NCBI GenBank assembly: GCA_963662435.1
Contig: OY759598.1
Coordinates: 1,334,507-1,398,506 of the forward strand
DNA from: Dehalococcoidia bacterium
GTDB taxonomy: Bacteria > Chloroflexota > Dehalococcoidia > Lucifugimonadales > VXLM01
Length of the DNA stretch: 64,000 nt
Reading direction: 5' to 3'
Position 1 is the first letter of the stretch. Every line of letters begins with the position of its first letter. The notes below the pieces were generated by a model that saw only the letters and a program-made list of their open reading frames with translations, did not search any database and was not told the DNA's origin. Positions 10,136 through 19,871 of the stretch are shown here, in pieces. Both the position numbers and the translations under genes were made by a program.

Positions 10136-10222
10136 ATTTGAGCGTTGCGACACGACACATACATTCGGCGTCCTCCCCTTCGCTTCTCTGGTATCATAAG
10201 TCCACGTTTCGACGGGGGATCT

Positions 10223-11104
10223 ATGGTCGCAGAACGACGGTTGCCACAGTGGCTAAAGGTCAAGATGCCGGGCAGCGAGGGCTACCGGCAGGTCAAGGGT
10301 CTGCTGGAGGGCGCGCAACTGAACACCGTTTGCGCCGAGGCCCAGTGTCCCAACATCGGCGAGTGCTGGGACCGCGGCACGGCGACGTTCATGATTCTGG
10401 GCGATATCTGCACTCGTGCCTGCGCCTACTGCGCCGTCGATACCGGTAAGCCGGAAGGAATCGACCTCTTGGAACCCATCCGTGTGGCCGATACGGTGGA
10501 GCAGATGGGCCTTCGCTATGCCGTGATTACGTCGGTCGACCGCGACGATCTGCCGGACGGCGGAGCATTCATATTCGCGCAGACCATCCGGCAGGTCCGC
10601 AGCCGGATGCCCAACACCAAGATCGAGGTTTTGATCCCGGACTTTCAGGGCGACCGTGATGCACTGAAGAAAGTGGTGGATGCCGAGCCTGACACGCTCA
10701 ACCACAACATCGAGACCGTCCGCCGCGTGTTCACCCGCGTCCGTCCCAAGGGCGACTACGACGAGTCACTCGAATTGCTCGCGAACGCCAAGGAAATCGC
10801 TCCAAACGCCGTGACGAAGTCCGGCATGATGGTCGGACTCGGGGAAAGCTGGGACGAGATCATCGAGACGATGCGCGACCTGCGCTCGGTCGACTGCGAC
10901 CTCCTGACCATCGGTCAGTACCTGCGCCCCTCGAAGAAGCATGTTGCCCTCTCCAAGTGGTATACCCCCGGCGAGTTCGACGAGTTGGCGGAGATCGGCA
11001 TGTCGCTGGGGTTCAGTCACGTCGCCTCCGGCCCGCTGGTGCGAAGCTCGTACCACGCGGACGAGCAACATGCGTCTGCTACCAAGACGGCGGTGTTGGT
11101 GTAA
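10223..11104 (+). CDS. lipA: Lipoyl synthase
   Basis: CAEAQCPNIGEC, CTRACAYC and RSSYHA motifs. Confidence 0.97.
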   Translation: MVAERRLPQWLKVKMPGSEGYRQVKGLLEGAQLNTVCAEAQCPNIGECWDRGTATFMILGDICTRACAYCAVDTGKPEGIDLLEPIRVADTVEQMGLRYAVITSVDRDDLPDGGAFIFAQTIRQVRSRMPNTKIEVLIPDFQGDRDALKKVVDAEPDTLNHNIETVRRVFTRVRPKGDYDESLELLANAKEIAPNAVTKSGMMVGLGESWDEIIETMRDLRSVDCDLLTIGQYLRPSKKHVALSKWYTPGEFDELAEIGMSLGFSHVASGPLVRSSYHADEQHASATKTAVLV

Positions 11105-11190
11105 ACGCGCGCGTCTCGCCTCGAACCGGCCACCCGAGCTGAGTCATCCTCGATTCTGCACGTGCCGAATTGCCCGGTAAGGAGTCCGCA

Positions 11191-11712
11191 ATGCCTATTG
11201 ATGTACCTCCCAATCCCGGTGGGGCGCGACGTGGAACTCAACCCCGCCCGGAAGATCCGTGCTTCCTTTGCGAGGTAATTGCCGGACGTGAGGACAAGGC
11301 GATAGTCGAGGAGACGGAACTGACCTTTACCATGGTCAACTGGAAGCAGTTCGAACTGGGACAGGTCTACGTCATTCCACGACGCCACGCTCCAACGCTC
11401 TTCGACCTTACGGACGACGAGGCAATCGCAATCATGCGGGCCGTCCTCAGGGTGTCCGACGCGCTAGCCCTAACGTATGACCCTGACGGCCTCAACCTCA
11501 TTCAGAACAACGGCATCGTCGCAGGACAGGACGCGCCGCACTTCCACATGCACGTCGTCCCCCGCCGCAAAGTGGGCAGCGACTGGGGCAACGGCCCTCC
11601 ACATATCGCGAGACTCGAAGGCAAAGAACCGACGAGTCCAAAGCATGACGTGACTGTTAGCCTTGAACGCGAGTACGAGATCGCTAAGGAGATCAGGCGG
11701 CACATGGACTGA
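11191..11712 (+). CDS. HIT family protein
   Basis: CFLC, AGQDAPHFHMHVVPR. AAGGAG RBS. Confidence 0.9.
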   Translation: MPIDVPPNPGGARRGTQPRPEDPCFLCEVIAGREDKAIVEETELTFTMVNWKQFELGQVYVIPRRHAPTLFDLTDDEAIAIMRAVLRVSDALALTYDPDGLNLIQNNGIVAGQDAPHFHMHVVPRRKVGSDWGNGPPHIARLEGKEPTSPKHDVTVSLEREYEIAKEIRRHMD

Positions 11713-11789
11713 ACCATGTTCGGCGCAAGAGCACTGCCCAATCATCTGGAGCACTTCTCTCAGGCTCGCAACGCCGGTTCTCCCCCGCC

Positions 11790-12728
11790 TTACTCGTCGT
11801 CCGGCACGGGCCAGCCCCATCCGATGGCCAACGCGCGGAGCTTGTCCATGTCGTCGTCGCTGAGTGGCTGAGACGGCGGACGCGGAGGACCGACCGGTAC
11901 GCCCATCAGCTCGGACAGTCCCTTTGCGACACGCCCCTCGCCGCCGGAGAACTGGGTGACGTCGCGGTAGTACGCGCGCAGTTCGGGAATGACCCTGTCC
12001 CACTCGGCCTGCGCCTCGGTGTACTTGCCCTCTTCCAGGAGTTCCCAGACATTGAGATAGAACGGCGGGTAGGCGTCCACTCCATCCGTCAGGAAGCCCC
12101 GTCCACCGAGTCGGTGGCAGTCGACGGGACGGTCGGAGTTGTCCATGATGTTGAAGGTGTCGGTCAGCGAAAAGATGTCCTCGTACTCGGCCCCATCGGG
12201 CGGATTCCACTTGATGGCGACTATGTGCTCGAAGTCGGTCATCTTCTCGAACGTCTTGGGATAGATGCCCCCGTGGGGAAGCCAGTGGGTGTTGTAGACC
12301 AGCACTCCTATGTCGATGCCGTCGGACACGTCTCCAAAGAACCGGAGGATGTCGTCCTCGGTGGGCTGGTTGAATATGGGCGGGGATACCTGGCAGCCGA
12401 TTGCCCCGGCGTCGGCGGCGATGTTAATGTCCTCAATGGTGCGGACGGTATCCTTGTAGTGCACGGCTCCCATGACGGGAACCCGACCGTCGGCCGCCTG
12501 CACGACCGTCTGGATCAGGCCTTGCCACTCATTTTCGCGGAGCTGGGGCCCTTCGCCCATGGCGGCGGCGACCTTCAGCACGGCTTTGCCCTTGAGGAGT
12601 CCCCTATCGACCCAAGTCTCCGTTGCGGCTGCAATCAGGCCGTAGTCGACCCTGAATTCGTCGTCGAAAGGCGTGGGCGCTGTTGCAACGACTCCGACCA
12701 TCTGTCTGCGAATCTCTTCTCGGTCCAT
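11790..12728 (-). CDS. DapA/NAL (dihydrodipicolinate synthase-like) family lyase
   Basis: PTPF, MGE, VYN, AIKW (Schiff-base Lys) and GPPRPP. The pyruvate-binding motif is non-canonical. Confidence 0.85.
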   Translation of the reverse strand: MDREEIRRQMVGVVATAPTPFDDEFRVDYGLIAAATETWVDRGLLKGKAVLKVAAAMGEGPQLRENEWQGLIQTVVQAADGRVPVMGAVHYKDTVRTIEDINIAADAGAIGCQVSPPIFNQPTEDDILRFFGDVSDGIDIGVLVYNTHWLPHGGIYPKTFEKMTDFEHIVAIKWNPPDGAEYEDIFSLTDTFNIMDNSDRPVDCHRLGGRGFLTDGVDAYPPFYLNVWELLEEGKYTEAQAEWDRVIPELRAYYRDVTQFSGGEGRVAKGLSELMGVPVGPPRPPSQPLSDDDMDKLRALAIGWGWPVPDDE

Positions 12729-12810
12729 GAATTACCTCAGGGGTGGATGTGTGGCAAGAGTGTAGGCGCGACGGCTTGGCGAGTCAATCGTCGGGAAGCA
12801 ACGCGCCGTG

Positions 12811-15702
12811 CTAAATGGCGTCGGCGAGTACTTCCACCAGGTGCTTGGCCGTGACGCCGGTGCCGTCCTCGATCTGGTGACGGCAGGACATCCCTTCGCT
12901 GACGACTACCGCTCCGTCTTGGCGCTCGCGGACTGCAGGGAACAGGACTTGCTCCCCGATCTTCATGGAAACGTCGTAGTGCTCCTTCTCCAGACCGAAC
13001 GATCCGGCCATGCCACAACAGCCCGAGGGTATCTCCGAGACGTCACAGCCCGGCATGGCGGATAGGACGTCCATCGCCTTGCCCATTCCCACGAGGGCTT
13101 TCTGGTGGCAGTGTCCTTGGAGCAGCACGCGGCCCGGCTCGCTGGAGTAGCGGATGGCAGCGGCGTCGTTTGCCTGTGCGTGAAGGACGAATTCCTCGAT
13201 GAGCATGGTGCTTTCCGAGACCTTCCGAGCCGCATCGCCCTCCAGGAGGTCTACGTAGTCATCGCGGAAGCTGAGGATACAGCTTGGTTCGAGGCCAACG
13301 AGCTTGGCACCCTGTTCCACGTAGGGCAGTACGGCCGCGACGTTTCGCTCGGCATTGCGCTTGGCGGAGTCTAACATTCCCTTGGAGAGCATCGGGCGTC
13401 CGCAACACAGCGGCTTTGGCACGATGACCTGGTATCCCATGTGCTCGAGCACCTTGACGGCGGCGCGACCAAGATCGGGGTGGTTGTACTCGGTGAAGGT
13501 GTCGGAGAACAGGACAACCCGCCGTTGGGGCGGGCCAACCACATGTGCTCCGCCTCGGGCGCGGAACCACTGGGAAAAGGTCTGACTCGCAAAAGGCGGG
13601 AGGGAGCGTCGCCGGTCGATTCCGGCCATGCTCTCGGCAATCCCCTTGACCGGGCCCAGCTTCATCGACCAGTTCGAGAGCGGGGCGAAGAATGACCCGA
13701 GCCTGCCCAATTGACTGACATTGGCGAGCATGCGGTTGCGGAGCGGGTAGCCATTTGCCCTGTGGTAGCGATAGGAGAACTCGTACTTGAGCTTCGCCAT
13801 GTCCACGTTCGAGGGGCACTCGGCCTTGCAGCCCTTGCATTCAAGGCACAGGTCGAGGACTTCACGGAGGCGTTCTCCCGTCAGTGAGTCGACCGGGAGC
13901 GCGCCGGACATTGCAGACCGGAGCGCGTTGGCGCGTCCGCGCGTGGATTGCTCCTCGTCGCGGGTGACCATGTAGGACGGACACATCGTCCCGTTCAGCT
14001 TCCTGCACGCGCCCTGCCCGTTGCACATCTCTATCGCGTGGGCGAAGCTGCCCTCCTGCGCGAATCGGAATCCCGTCGTCACCTCGAGGGGACGGTAGGA
14101 AGGACCGATCTTCAGATGCTCCGTCATTGGCGGAGAGTCAACGATGTTGCCGGGGTTCATGATGCCCGCGGGGTCGAATGTCCGCTTGACCTGCCTGAAG
14201 GCGTCGTATATCTGCGGACCAAACATCTTCTCGTTCCAGATGCTGCGCGCACGGCCATCGCCGTGTTCCCCGGACATGGAACCACCGAACTCCAGGACGA
14301 GGTCGCTTACGGCATTGGCGATCGATGCCATCTGCGATACGCCTTCCTGCCGTTTCAGATCGACGAGGGGGCGGATGTGAAGGCACCCCACGCTCGCGTG
14401 TCCATAGTAGCCCGCCTCGGTGCCGTGCTCCTTGACGATCTCATCGAAGCGCGCGACGAACTGCGGGAGCACCTCGGGCGGAACGGCGGTGTCCTCGACG
14501 AATGGCAGGGGCTTGGCGTCGCCGGGTACGTTCATCATCAGGCCGAGTCCGGCCTTCCTGACGTTCCAGACCATCGCCTGTTCGGCTGGGGAGATGAGTT
14601 TCTTCGTGGAATAGCCGAGGCCGCGCTTTGCCATGTGGGCAGCGCAAGCATCGATCTTCGACACAACCTCGGACTCGGATGCGCCGGTGAACTCGACGAC
14701 CAGGAGGGAATCAGGGCGACCCTCGATGAATCCGGTCATGCGCGAGTATTCCAGGTTGGCCTGGGCCTGATTGAGGATCATGCCACCGATGTGTTCCACG
14801 GCTGTCGGGTCCAGCTCCAGCGCCGCGACCGTGGCTTCCATGGACTCTATGAGCTCGTTAAAGTGTATGACCGCCAGCCCCTTGAATTCAGGACGAGGCA
14901 CGAGCTTCAGCGTGGCTTCGGTTATCGTGAGCAAGGTCCCCTCCGAGCCGACGACGAAGCGTGCGAGGTCAACCTCGTCCGGGTCGAGAAGCTCATCGAG
15001 GTTATAGCCGGATACCCGTCGCTGGATCTTGGGATACCGCTTGAGCACCTCGTCACGACCGGCTCGTCCAATGGCGTCGAGGCTCCGGTAGATGTCTCCC
15101 TCCAGCCCGGTGAGGCGACGCTTGGCGTCGAGGGCGTCGCCGGTGGAAGCGCCAAATGCAGCAGTATCTCCATTCGATAGTACTGTTGAAAGACCGATAG
15201 TGTTGTCTACCGTCTTGCCCCACACGATGGAGTGAGACCCGCAGGAGTTGTTTCCCAGCGCCCCTCCGACGTTCCCCCTGTTGCTCGTGCTGGGGTCGGG
15301 AGCGAACATGAGGCCGGTATCTCGGAGGTGATCGTTCAGTTCATCGAGGATGATGCCCGGCTGCGTACGCACCCGGCGCTCCTCGACGTTGACCTCCAGC
15401 ACATTCCTCATGTACTTGGAAAAGTCGATGACGATGGCGTGATTGACCGTCTGTCCGGCGAGACTCGTTCCTCCACCGCGCGGTAGGACGGGTACCCCGT
15501 ATCGGGCGGCGGTCGTGACCACAGCCACAACGTCATCCGCCGTCCTGGGCAGGACTACGGCTACCGGCTCGACCTGGTAGATGCTCGCGTCGGTGCTGTA
15601 CAGCAGGCGGGACATGCGGTCGGCCCGGACCTCGCCGTCAACCTCCCGGAGCAGTTCCTCCACGAGTTCGCCGCTGTCTCGATCAACGTCTTTGGCAAGC
15701 AT
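12811..15702 (-). CDS. FAD-linked oxidase/Fe-S fusion protein (YdiJ / GlcD-GlcF-like)
   Basis: RGGGTSLAGQ, GSEGTL, SGEHGDG, CLECKGCKAECP and CCG domains. Confidence 0.93.
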   Translation of the reverse strand: MLAKDVDRDSGELVEELLREVDGEVRADRMSRLLYSTDASIYQVEPVAVVLPRTADDVVAVVTTAARYGVPVLPRGGGTSLAGQTVNHAIVIDFSKYMRNVLEVNVEERRVRTQPGIILDELNDHLRDTGLMFAPDPSTSNRGNVGGALGNNSCGSHSIVWGKTVDNTIGLSTVLSNGDTAAFGASTGDALDAKRRLTGLEGDIYRSLDAIGRAGRDEVLKRYPKIQRRVSGYNLDELLDPDEVDLARFVVGSEGTLLTITEATLKLVPRPEFKGLAVIHFNELIESMEATVAALELDPTAVEHIGGMILNQAQANLEYSRMTGFIEGRPDSLLVVEFTGASESEVVSKIDACAAHMAKRGLGYSTKKLISPAEQAMVWNVRKAGLGLMMNVPGDAKPLPFVEDTAVPPEVLPQFVARFDEIVKEHGTEAGYYGHASVGCLHIRPLVDLKRQEGVSQMASIANAVSDLVLEFGGSMSGEHGDGRARSIWNEKMFGPQIYDAFRQVKRTFDPAGIMNPGNIVDSPPMTEHLKIGPSYRPLEVTTGFRFAQEGSFAHAIEMCNGQGACRKLNGTMCPSYMVTRDEEQSTRGRANALRSAMSGALPVDSLTGERLREVLDLCLECKGCKAECPSNVDMAKLKYEFSYRYHRANGYPLRNRMLANVSQLGRLGSFFAPLSNWSMKLGPVKGIAESMAGIDRRRSLPPFASQTFSQWFRARGGAHVVGPPQRRVVLFSDTFTEYNHPDLGRAAVKVLEHMGYQVIVPKPLCCGRPMLSKGMLDSAKRNAERNVAAVLPYVEQGAKLVGLEPSCILSFRDDYVDLLEGDAARKVSESTMLIEEFVLHAQANDAAAIRYSSEPGRVLLQGHCHQKALVGMGKAMDVLSAMPGCDVSEIPSGCCGMAGSFGLEKEHYDVSMKIGEQVLFPAVRERQDGAVVVSEGMSCRHQIEDGTGVTAKHLVEVLADAI

Positions 15703-16030
15703 GGTTATGTTTCGAGAATCGACCCAATAGAACAGGCTATAGTCGCCGGTATCGCAAGGTGCAATTGTACATCACGCGCGAGGGCTACCATGAGACCTCA
15801 TGACACCGGCATGATGGTGAACAGCGGCAAGAGTGTGCCATTCTGAGCCATTTGTCCGCGTTATTGTCAAGTAACACGCCTGGCAGGCCCAGGGGCGATA
15901 ACCGAGATCAGGCGCCAATCGTGCGATTCAAATGACCGAAGGCGCGGCGAACAGGGGTATGGGAGACTACCAAGACCCTGGATTTCCAATGCCGAGCCGA
16001 GGTTGAGAGGCTGGCAACGGTAAACCGAAG

Positions 16031-16843
16031 CTACGCGACCTTGAGAATCGTGTAGGTGACCGTCATCCCTCGAGGTGTCTGAACGTCGACGTTGTCCCCT
16101 TCGCGTTGTCGGATGACCGCCTTGCCAACCGGAGACTCGTCCGAGACCTTGCCTTCCAAGGGCTTGGCTTCGGATGCGCTCACGACGGTGTACTGGCTCT
16201 CTCGACCTGACGCAGAGTCCTTGAGCCATACGCGAGAGCCCACCTGCACGGTGGACTTCTTGCGGGCGGATGGGTCGACGACAACCGCGGCGGTCAGGGT
16301 GTTCTCGATTTCCAGGATACGTGTCTCGACCTGTCCGAGGTGTTCCCTGGCGGCTTCGAGCGGGACATTCTCACGCACGTCCTTGTCGGCAGCGGCGCTG
16401 CGGATCTGGGCTGCAATGGGGCCCCGCTGGGACTTGAGGTCCTCAAGCTCCGCCATCAGGCTCTTGTGGCCCTCAGGAGTAAGCTCAATGAGACTGGCGC
16501 GACGAGCTTCGTCGCTTGCAGACTTTGCACGGGAGCGCGCCTTGCGAATGCGCAGATGGCGGGCCAGGTTTTGCTCCGTGAGTCCCTGCTTGCTGGCGAA
16601 GGCAAGAAACTTCTTGACCTCCTGCAGCCGCTCGGCGGACTGCGTTCCCCCGTTCGACTGATCGCTGTATTCACCAATCTCTGAGGGCGCGAGCTCAGAA
16701 ATCCTACGCTCCGCCCCACACCAGCTAACGAAGCGCAATAGCTGCTTGTGCGACTCGTTCTGCACACCGTCCTTTGGTCGAAGACTCCCCGCGTACGCTC
16801 CAACCGCTTCCAACACAGTCATCGACTTAGTAGCTTGAGTCAA
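16031..16843 (-). CDS. greA: Transcription elongation factor GreA with ~110-aa N-terminal extra domain
   Basis: LTPEG...DVREN...SDESPVGKA...VQTPRG. Confidence 0.85.
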   Translation of the reverse strand: MTQATKSMTVLEAVGAYAGSLRPKDGVQNESHKQLLRFVSWCGAERRISELAPSEIGEYSDQSNGGTQSAERLQEVKKFLAFASKQGLTEQNLARHLRIRKARSRAKSASDEARRASLIELTPEGHKSLMAELEDLKSQRGPIAAQIRSAAADKDVRENVPLEAAREHLGQVETRILEIENTLTAAVVVDPSARKKSTVQVGSRVWLKDSASGRESQYTVVSASEAKPLEGKVSDESPVGKAVIRQREGDNVDVQTPRGMTVTYTILKVA

Positions 16844-16952
16844 GGTAATACGTCCTCCCCGCCACCCATTCAGGATTTGCGTCTGATTCCCGTCACGACT
16901 CCATCTTAGAGAATGGGCCGAAAGGTGTCAACGCGGCTCAGGCGCCACGAGT

Positions 16953-19745
16953 TCAATTCATCACGCCCCAGTTTTGACCCGACTTGAGGTCAACCTCCAG
17001 TGGGACTGCAAGTTCCATCGCTCGGGGCATGATGTCGAGAATGATGGCCTGCATGTCTTCCACTTCCTCGGAAGGGACCTCGAAAATCAGCTCGTCGTGC
17101 ACCTGGACGATCATCAGGGAACGAAGCCCCATATCATCCATGCGGTCCTGGAGCATGATCATCGCGAGTTTGATGACATCGGCGGCTGTGCCCTGGATGG
17201 GCGTGTTGATCGCAACGCGTTCGGCCCCGCTGCGCGAAGGGAAGCTGCTCGAGTTGATCTCAGGGATGTATCGCTTGCGTCCCATGAGCGTTTCAACGTA
17301 GCCGAGATTCTTGGCCTTGGCCTTTATGCCGTCGATGTAGTCGTTGATGCCGGGGTAGCTGCCGAAGTACGTGTCGATGAATGCCTTGCCCTCTTCGACG
17401 GACAGGGCCGCCCGCTGGCTGATGCCATAGGGACTGATTCCGTAGACGACGCCGAAATTCAGTATCTTGGCGACCCGCCTCATCTCCGAGTCGACCTCAT
17501 CGGGGCTCACACCGTACACCAGGGACGCCGTGGCGGCGTGGATATCCTGCCCATCGTGGAACGCCTGCAGGAGCGCCGGGTCCTGGGAGATGTGCGCGAG
17601 TATGCGGAGCTCGATCTGCGAGTAGTCGGCCCCAAGAAGCGTCCAGTCGGGCCAGCCCCGGGCCACGAATCCCTTGCGGACTTCGTTGCCCAACTCCGTG
17701 CGGACGGGTATGTTCTGGATGTTAGGATCGTTGCTGGATACGCGACCGGTTGCGGAGCCGACCTGGTTGTAGCTCGTGTGGATCCGGCCGGTCCTCTTGT
17801 TGACAAGACCTGGCAGCGAGTCGGTGTAGGTGGACTTGATCTTTGATAGTTGCCGGTAGCCCAGGATGCTGTCGAGCACCTGGCGGGCAACGGGATCGAC
17901 ATCCCCGCCTCTGCCGGCGTCGAGAGTGGCCTTCAGGCCCTCGAGAGAGGCGGCGTCGGTGGCGAACCCCCTCTTTCGTTTCTTGGTGGGCGGCAGTCGA
18001 AGCTGATCGAACAATATGTCGCTGAGTTGCTGGGGAGAATTGAGATTGAAGGGGCGTCCAACCGACTGGTACATCTCGTCCTGAATGCGGCCCATGTCTT
18101 CGCCCAGCTTCTGAGACATCTGCGTGAGAAGGTTGGCATCGATCGACACGCCGCTCTCCTGCATCCGGACCAGCACCGGCAGGAGCGGCATCTCCACTTC
18201 CATCATCGCACCCGTCGAGTTCTTGCTCTCAAGCTCTTGCTCGAAACGAGGGCGAAGCTGCCACGTCAGGTCCGCGTCGGCGGCGGCGTAGTCTGCGGCC
18301 TGGTGGACCGGCACCTCGGCCATGGTGATCTGACTGCGGCCCGTGCCGATCAGATCGGATAACTCGGTCATCTCGATACCAAGTTCATTGAGCGCAAGGT
18401 GTTTGAGACCGATGCTCCTTCGACCGATCAGGGCAGCGGCGATCATCGTGTCGAACGTAACTCCACGCACCTCGACGCCGTGATTCTTGAGTACGGTCAT
18501 GTCGTAGTTGGCGTTGTGGGCGCACTTTGGGACGTTCTCGCATTCGAATAGCGCACGCAGGGTCTCCAGCACGTCATCCTTCGGAAGCTGTTGGCCTTCG
18601 TTGTGTCCAACCGGTACGTACCAGCCCTTGTGAGGCTCGTTTGAAAAGGACAGTCCCACGAGATCAGCCGACATCGGATCGACGCCGGTGGTCTCGGTGT
18701 CGAATGAGAAACCCTGCGGCGAATCGAGTTGCTTCACAAGGGCGCTTAGTAACTCCGGCGTATCGACGATTCGGTAGTCCACATCCGGCGCGTCGAAACC
18801 CGTATCGAAAGACTGCTGTTCACCTTCAGCCATACCTCCCGTAGGCGCAGGAACTCGTGAGACCACGCTCACGAACTCAAGATCGGTGAGAAAGCCGACA
18901 ACCTTTGAGCGGTCGTATTGTCCGAAGCGACTCTCCTCGAGATCGAGCGCAACCGGAGCGTCTCGGACGATGGTAGTCAGGACCTTGCTCTCGCGGAGTT
19001 GGTCGACTCCGGCGCTGATATTCTTCTTGGCGCGGGGAGGCGTGACCTCATCAACGTGGGCGATGATCTGCTCGACGTCGCCGTACTTGCTTACGAGGTT
19101 GATGGCGGTCTTCTCGCCGATGCCCGGAACGCCCGGAATGTTGTCGGACGTGTCCCCCTGAAGCGCCTTGAGATCCGCTATGTTCTCCGGGCCCACTCCC
19201 CCGTATCGCTCTCGAACGCCGCCAACGTCATAGACCCTTGGCGGCCGAAACCCGCTTGTCATCCATATCCGGACCCACGGAGAGACCAGCTGCAGCATGT
19301 CGGAGTCACCCGTGAGGATGACCGTCTCAATCTCCTTCTCCTCGGCCTGGCGGCTCAGTGTGCCGAGCACGTCGTCGGCCTCGAAGCCCTCGCATTGGAA
19401 GACCGGAATCTCAAACGCAGCGATGAGTTGCCGGACGTGATCGAACTGCGCTCGCAGTTCCGGCGGGGTTGGAGGTCGGTGCGCCTTGTAGTCCTTGAAG
19501 CGCTTGTGCCTAAAGGTCGGCGCCGGCAGGTCGAAGGCGATGGCGCAGTGGGTCGGCTGCCACTCCTGAAGGTTGCTGAGCAGTGAGTTTACAAAGCCGT
19601 AGACGCCTCGAACATCCTCGCCTGTCAAACTGACGGTCAACGGCTCACGGATTGCGTGCCAGGCGCGATGCACGAGGGCATGACCGTCCATCAGCATGAG
19701 GAGCGGTTTGGCGTCAAGCATGGACTTCGGGCCGTTCGTTGTCAC
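16953..19745 (-). CDS. polA: DNA polymerase I
   Basis: 5'-3' exonuclease (DGHAL, EADD), 3'-5' exonuclease (FDTET) and polymerase (DYSQIELR, QVHDEL) motifs. Confidence 0.98.
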   Translation of the reverse strand: MTTNGPKSMLDAKPLLMLMDGHALVHRAWHAIREPLTVSLTGEDVRGVYGFVNSLLSNLQEWQPTHCAIAFDLPAPTFRHKRFKDYKAHRPPTPPELRAQFDHVRQLIAAFEIPVFQCEGFEADDVLGTLSRQAEEKEIETVILTGDSDMLQLVSPWVRIWMTSGFRPPRVYDVGGVRERYGGVGPENIADLKALQGDTSDNIPGVPGIGEKTAINLVSKYGDVEQIIAHVDEVTPPRAKKNISAGVDQLRESKVLTTIVRDAPVALDLEESRFGQYDRSKVVGFLTDLEFVSVVSRVPAPTGGMAEGEQQSFDTGFDAPDVDYRIVDTPELLSALVKQLDSPQGFSFDTETTGVDPMSADLVGLSFSNEPHKGWYVPVGHNEGQQLPKDDVLETLRALFECENVPKCAHNANYDMTVLKNHGVEVRGVTFDTMIAAALIGRRSIGLKHLALNELGIEMTELSDLIGTGRSQITMAEVPVHQAADYAAADADLTWQLRPRFEQELESKNSTGAMMEVEMPLLPVLVRMQESGVSIDANLLTQMSQKLGEDMGRIQDEMYQSVGRPFNLNSPQQLSDILFDQLRLPPTKKRKRGFATDAASLEGLKATLDAGRGGDVDPVARQVLDSILGYRQLSKIKSTYTDSLPGLVNKRTGRIHTSYNQVGSATGRVSSNDPNIQNIPVRTELGNEVRKGFVARGWPDWTLLGADYSQIELRILAHISQDPALLQAFHDGQDIHAATASLVYGVSPDEVDSEMRRVAKILNFGVVYGISPYGISQRAALSVEEGKAFIDTYFGSYPGINDYIDGIKAKAKNLGYVETLMGRKRYIPEINSSSFPSRSGAERVAINTPIQGTAADVIKLAMIMLQDRMDDMGLRSLMIVQVHDELIFEVPSEEVEDMQAIILDIMPRAMELAVPLEVDLKSGQNWGVMN

Positions 19746-19871
19746 CGTGCGATCCAGACTGGGAGAGTGCGGCGATTATACCTTAGTGGGGGATCGCGTG
19801 GGATGGTGGAGCGTTGCCACGCAGTTCACCGGTATGTAGGCTACTGTGCAGCATTCGATTTGGAGACAATC

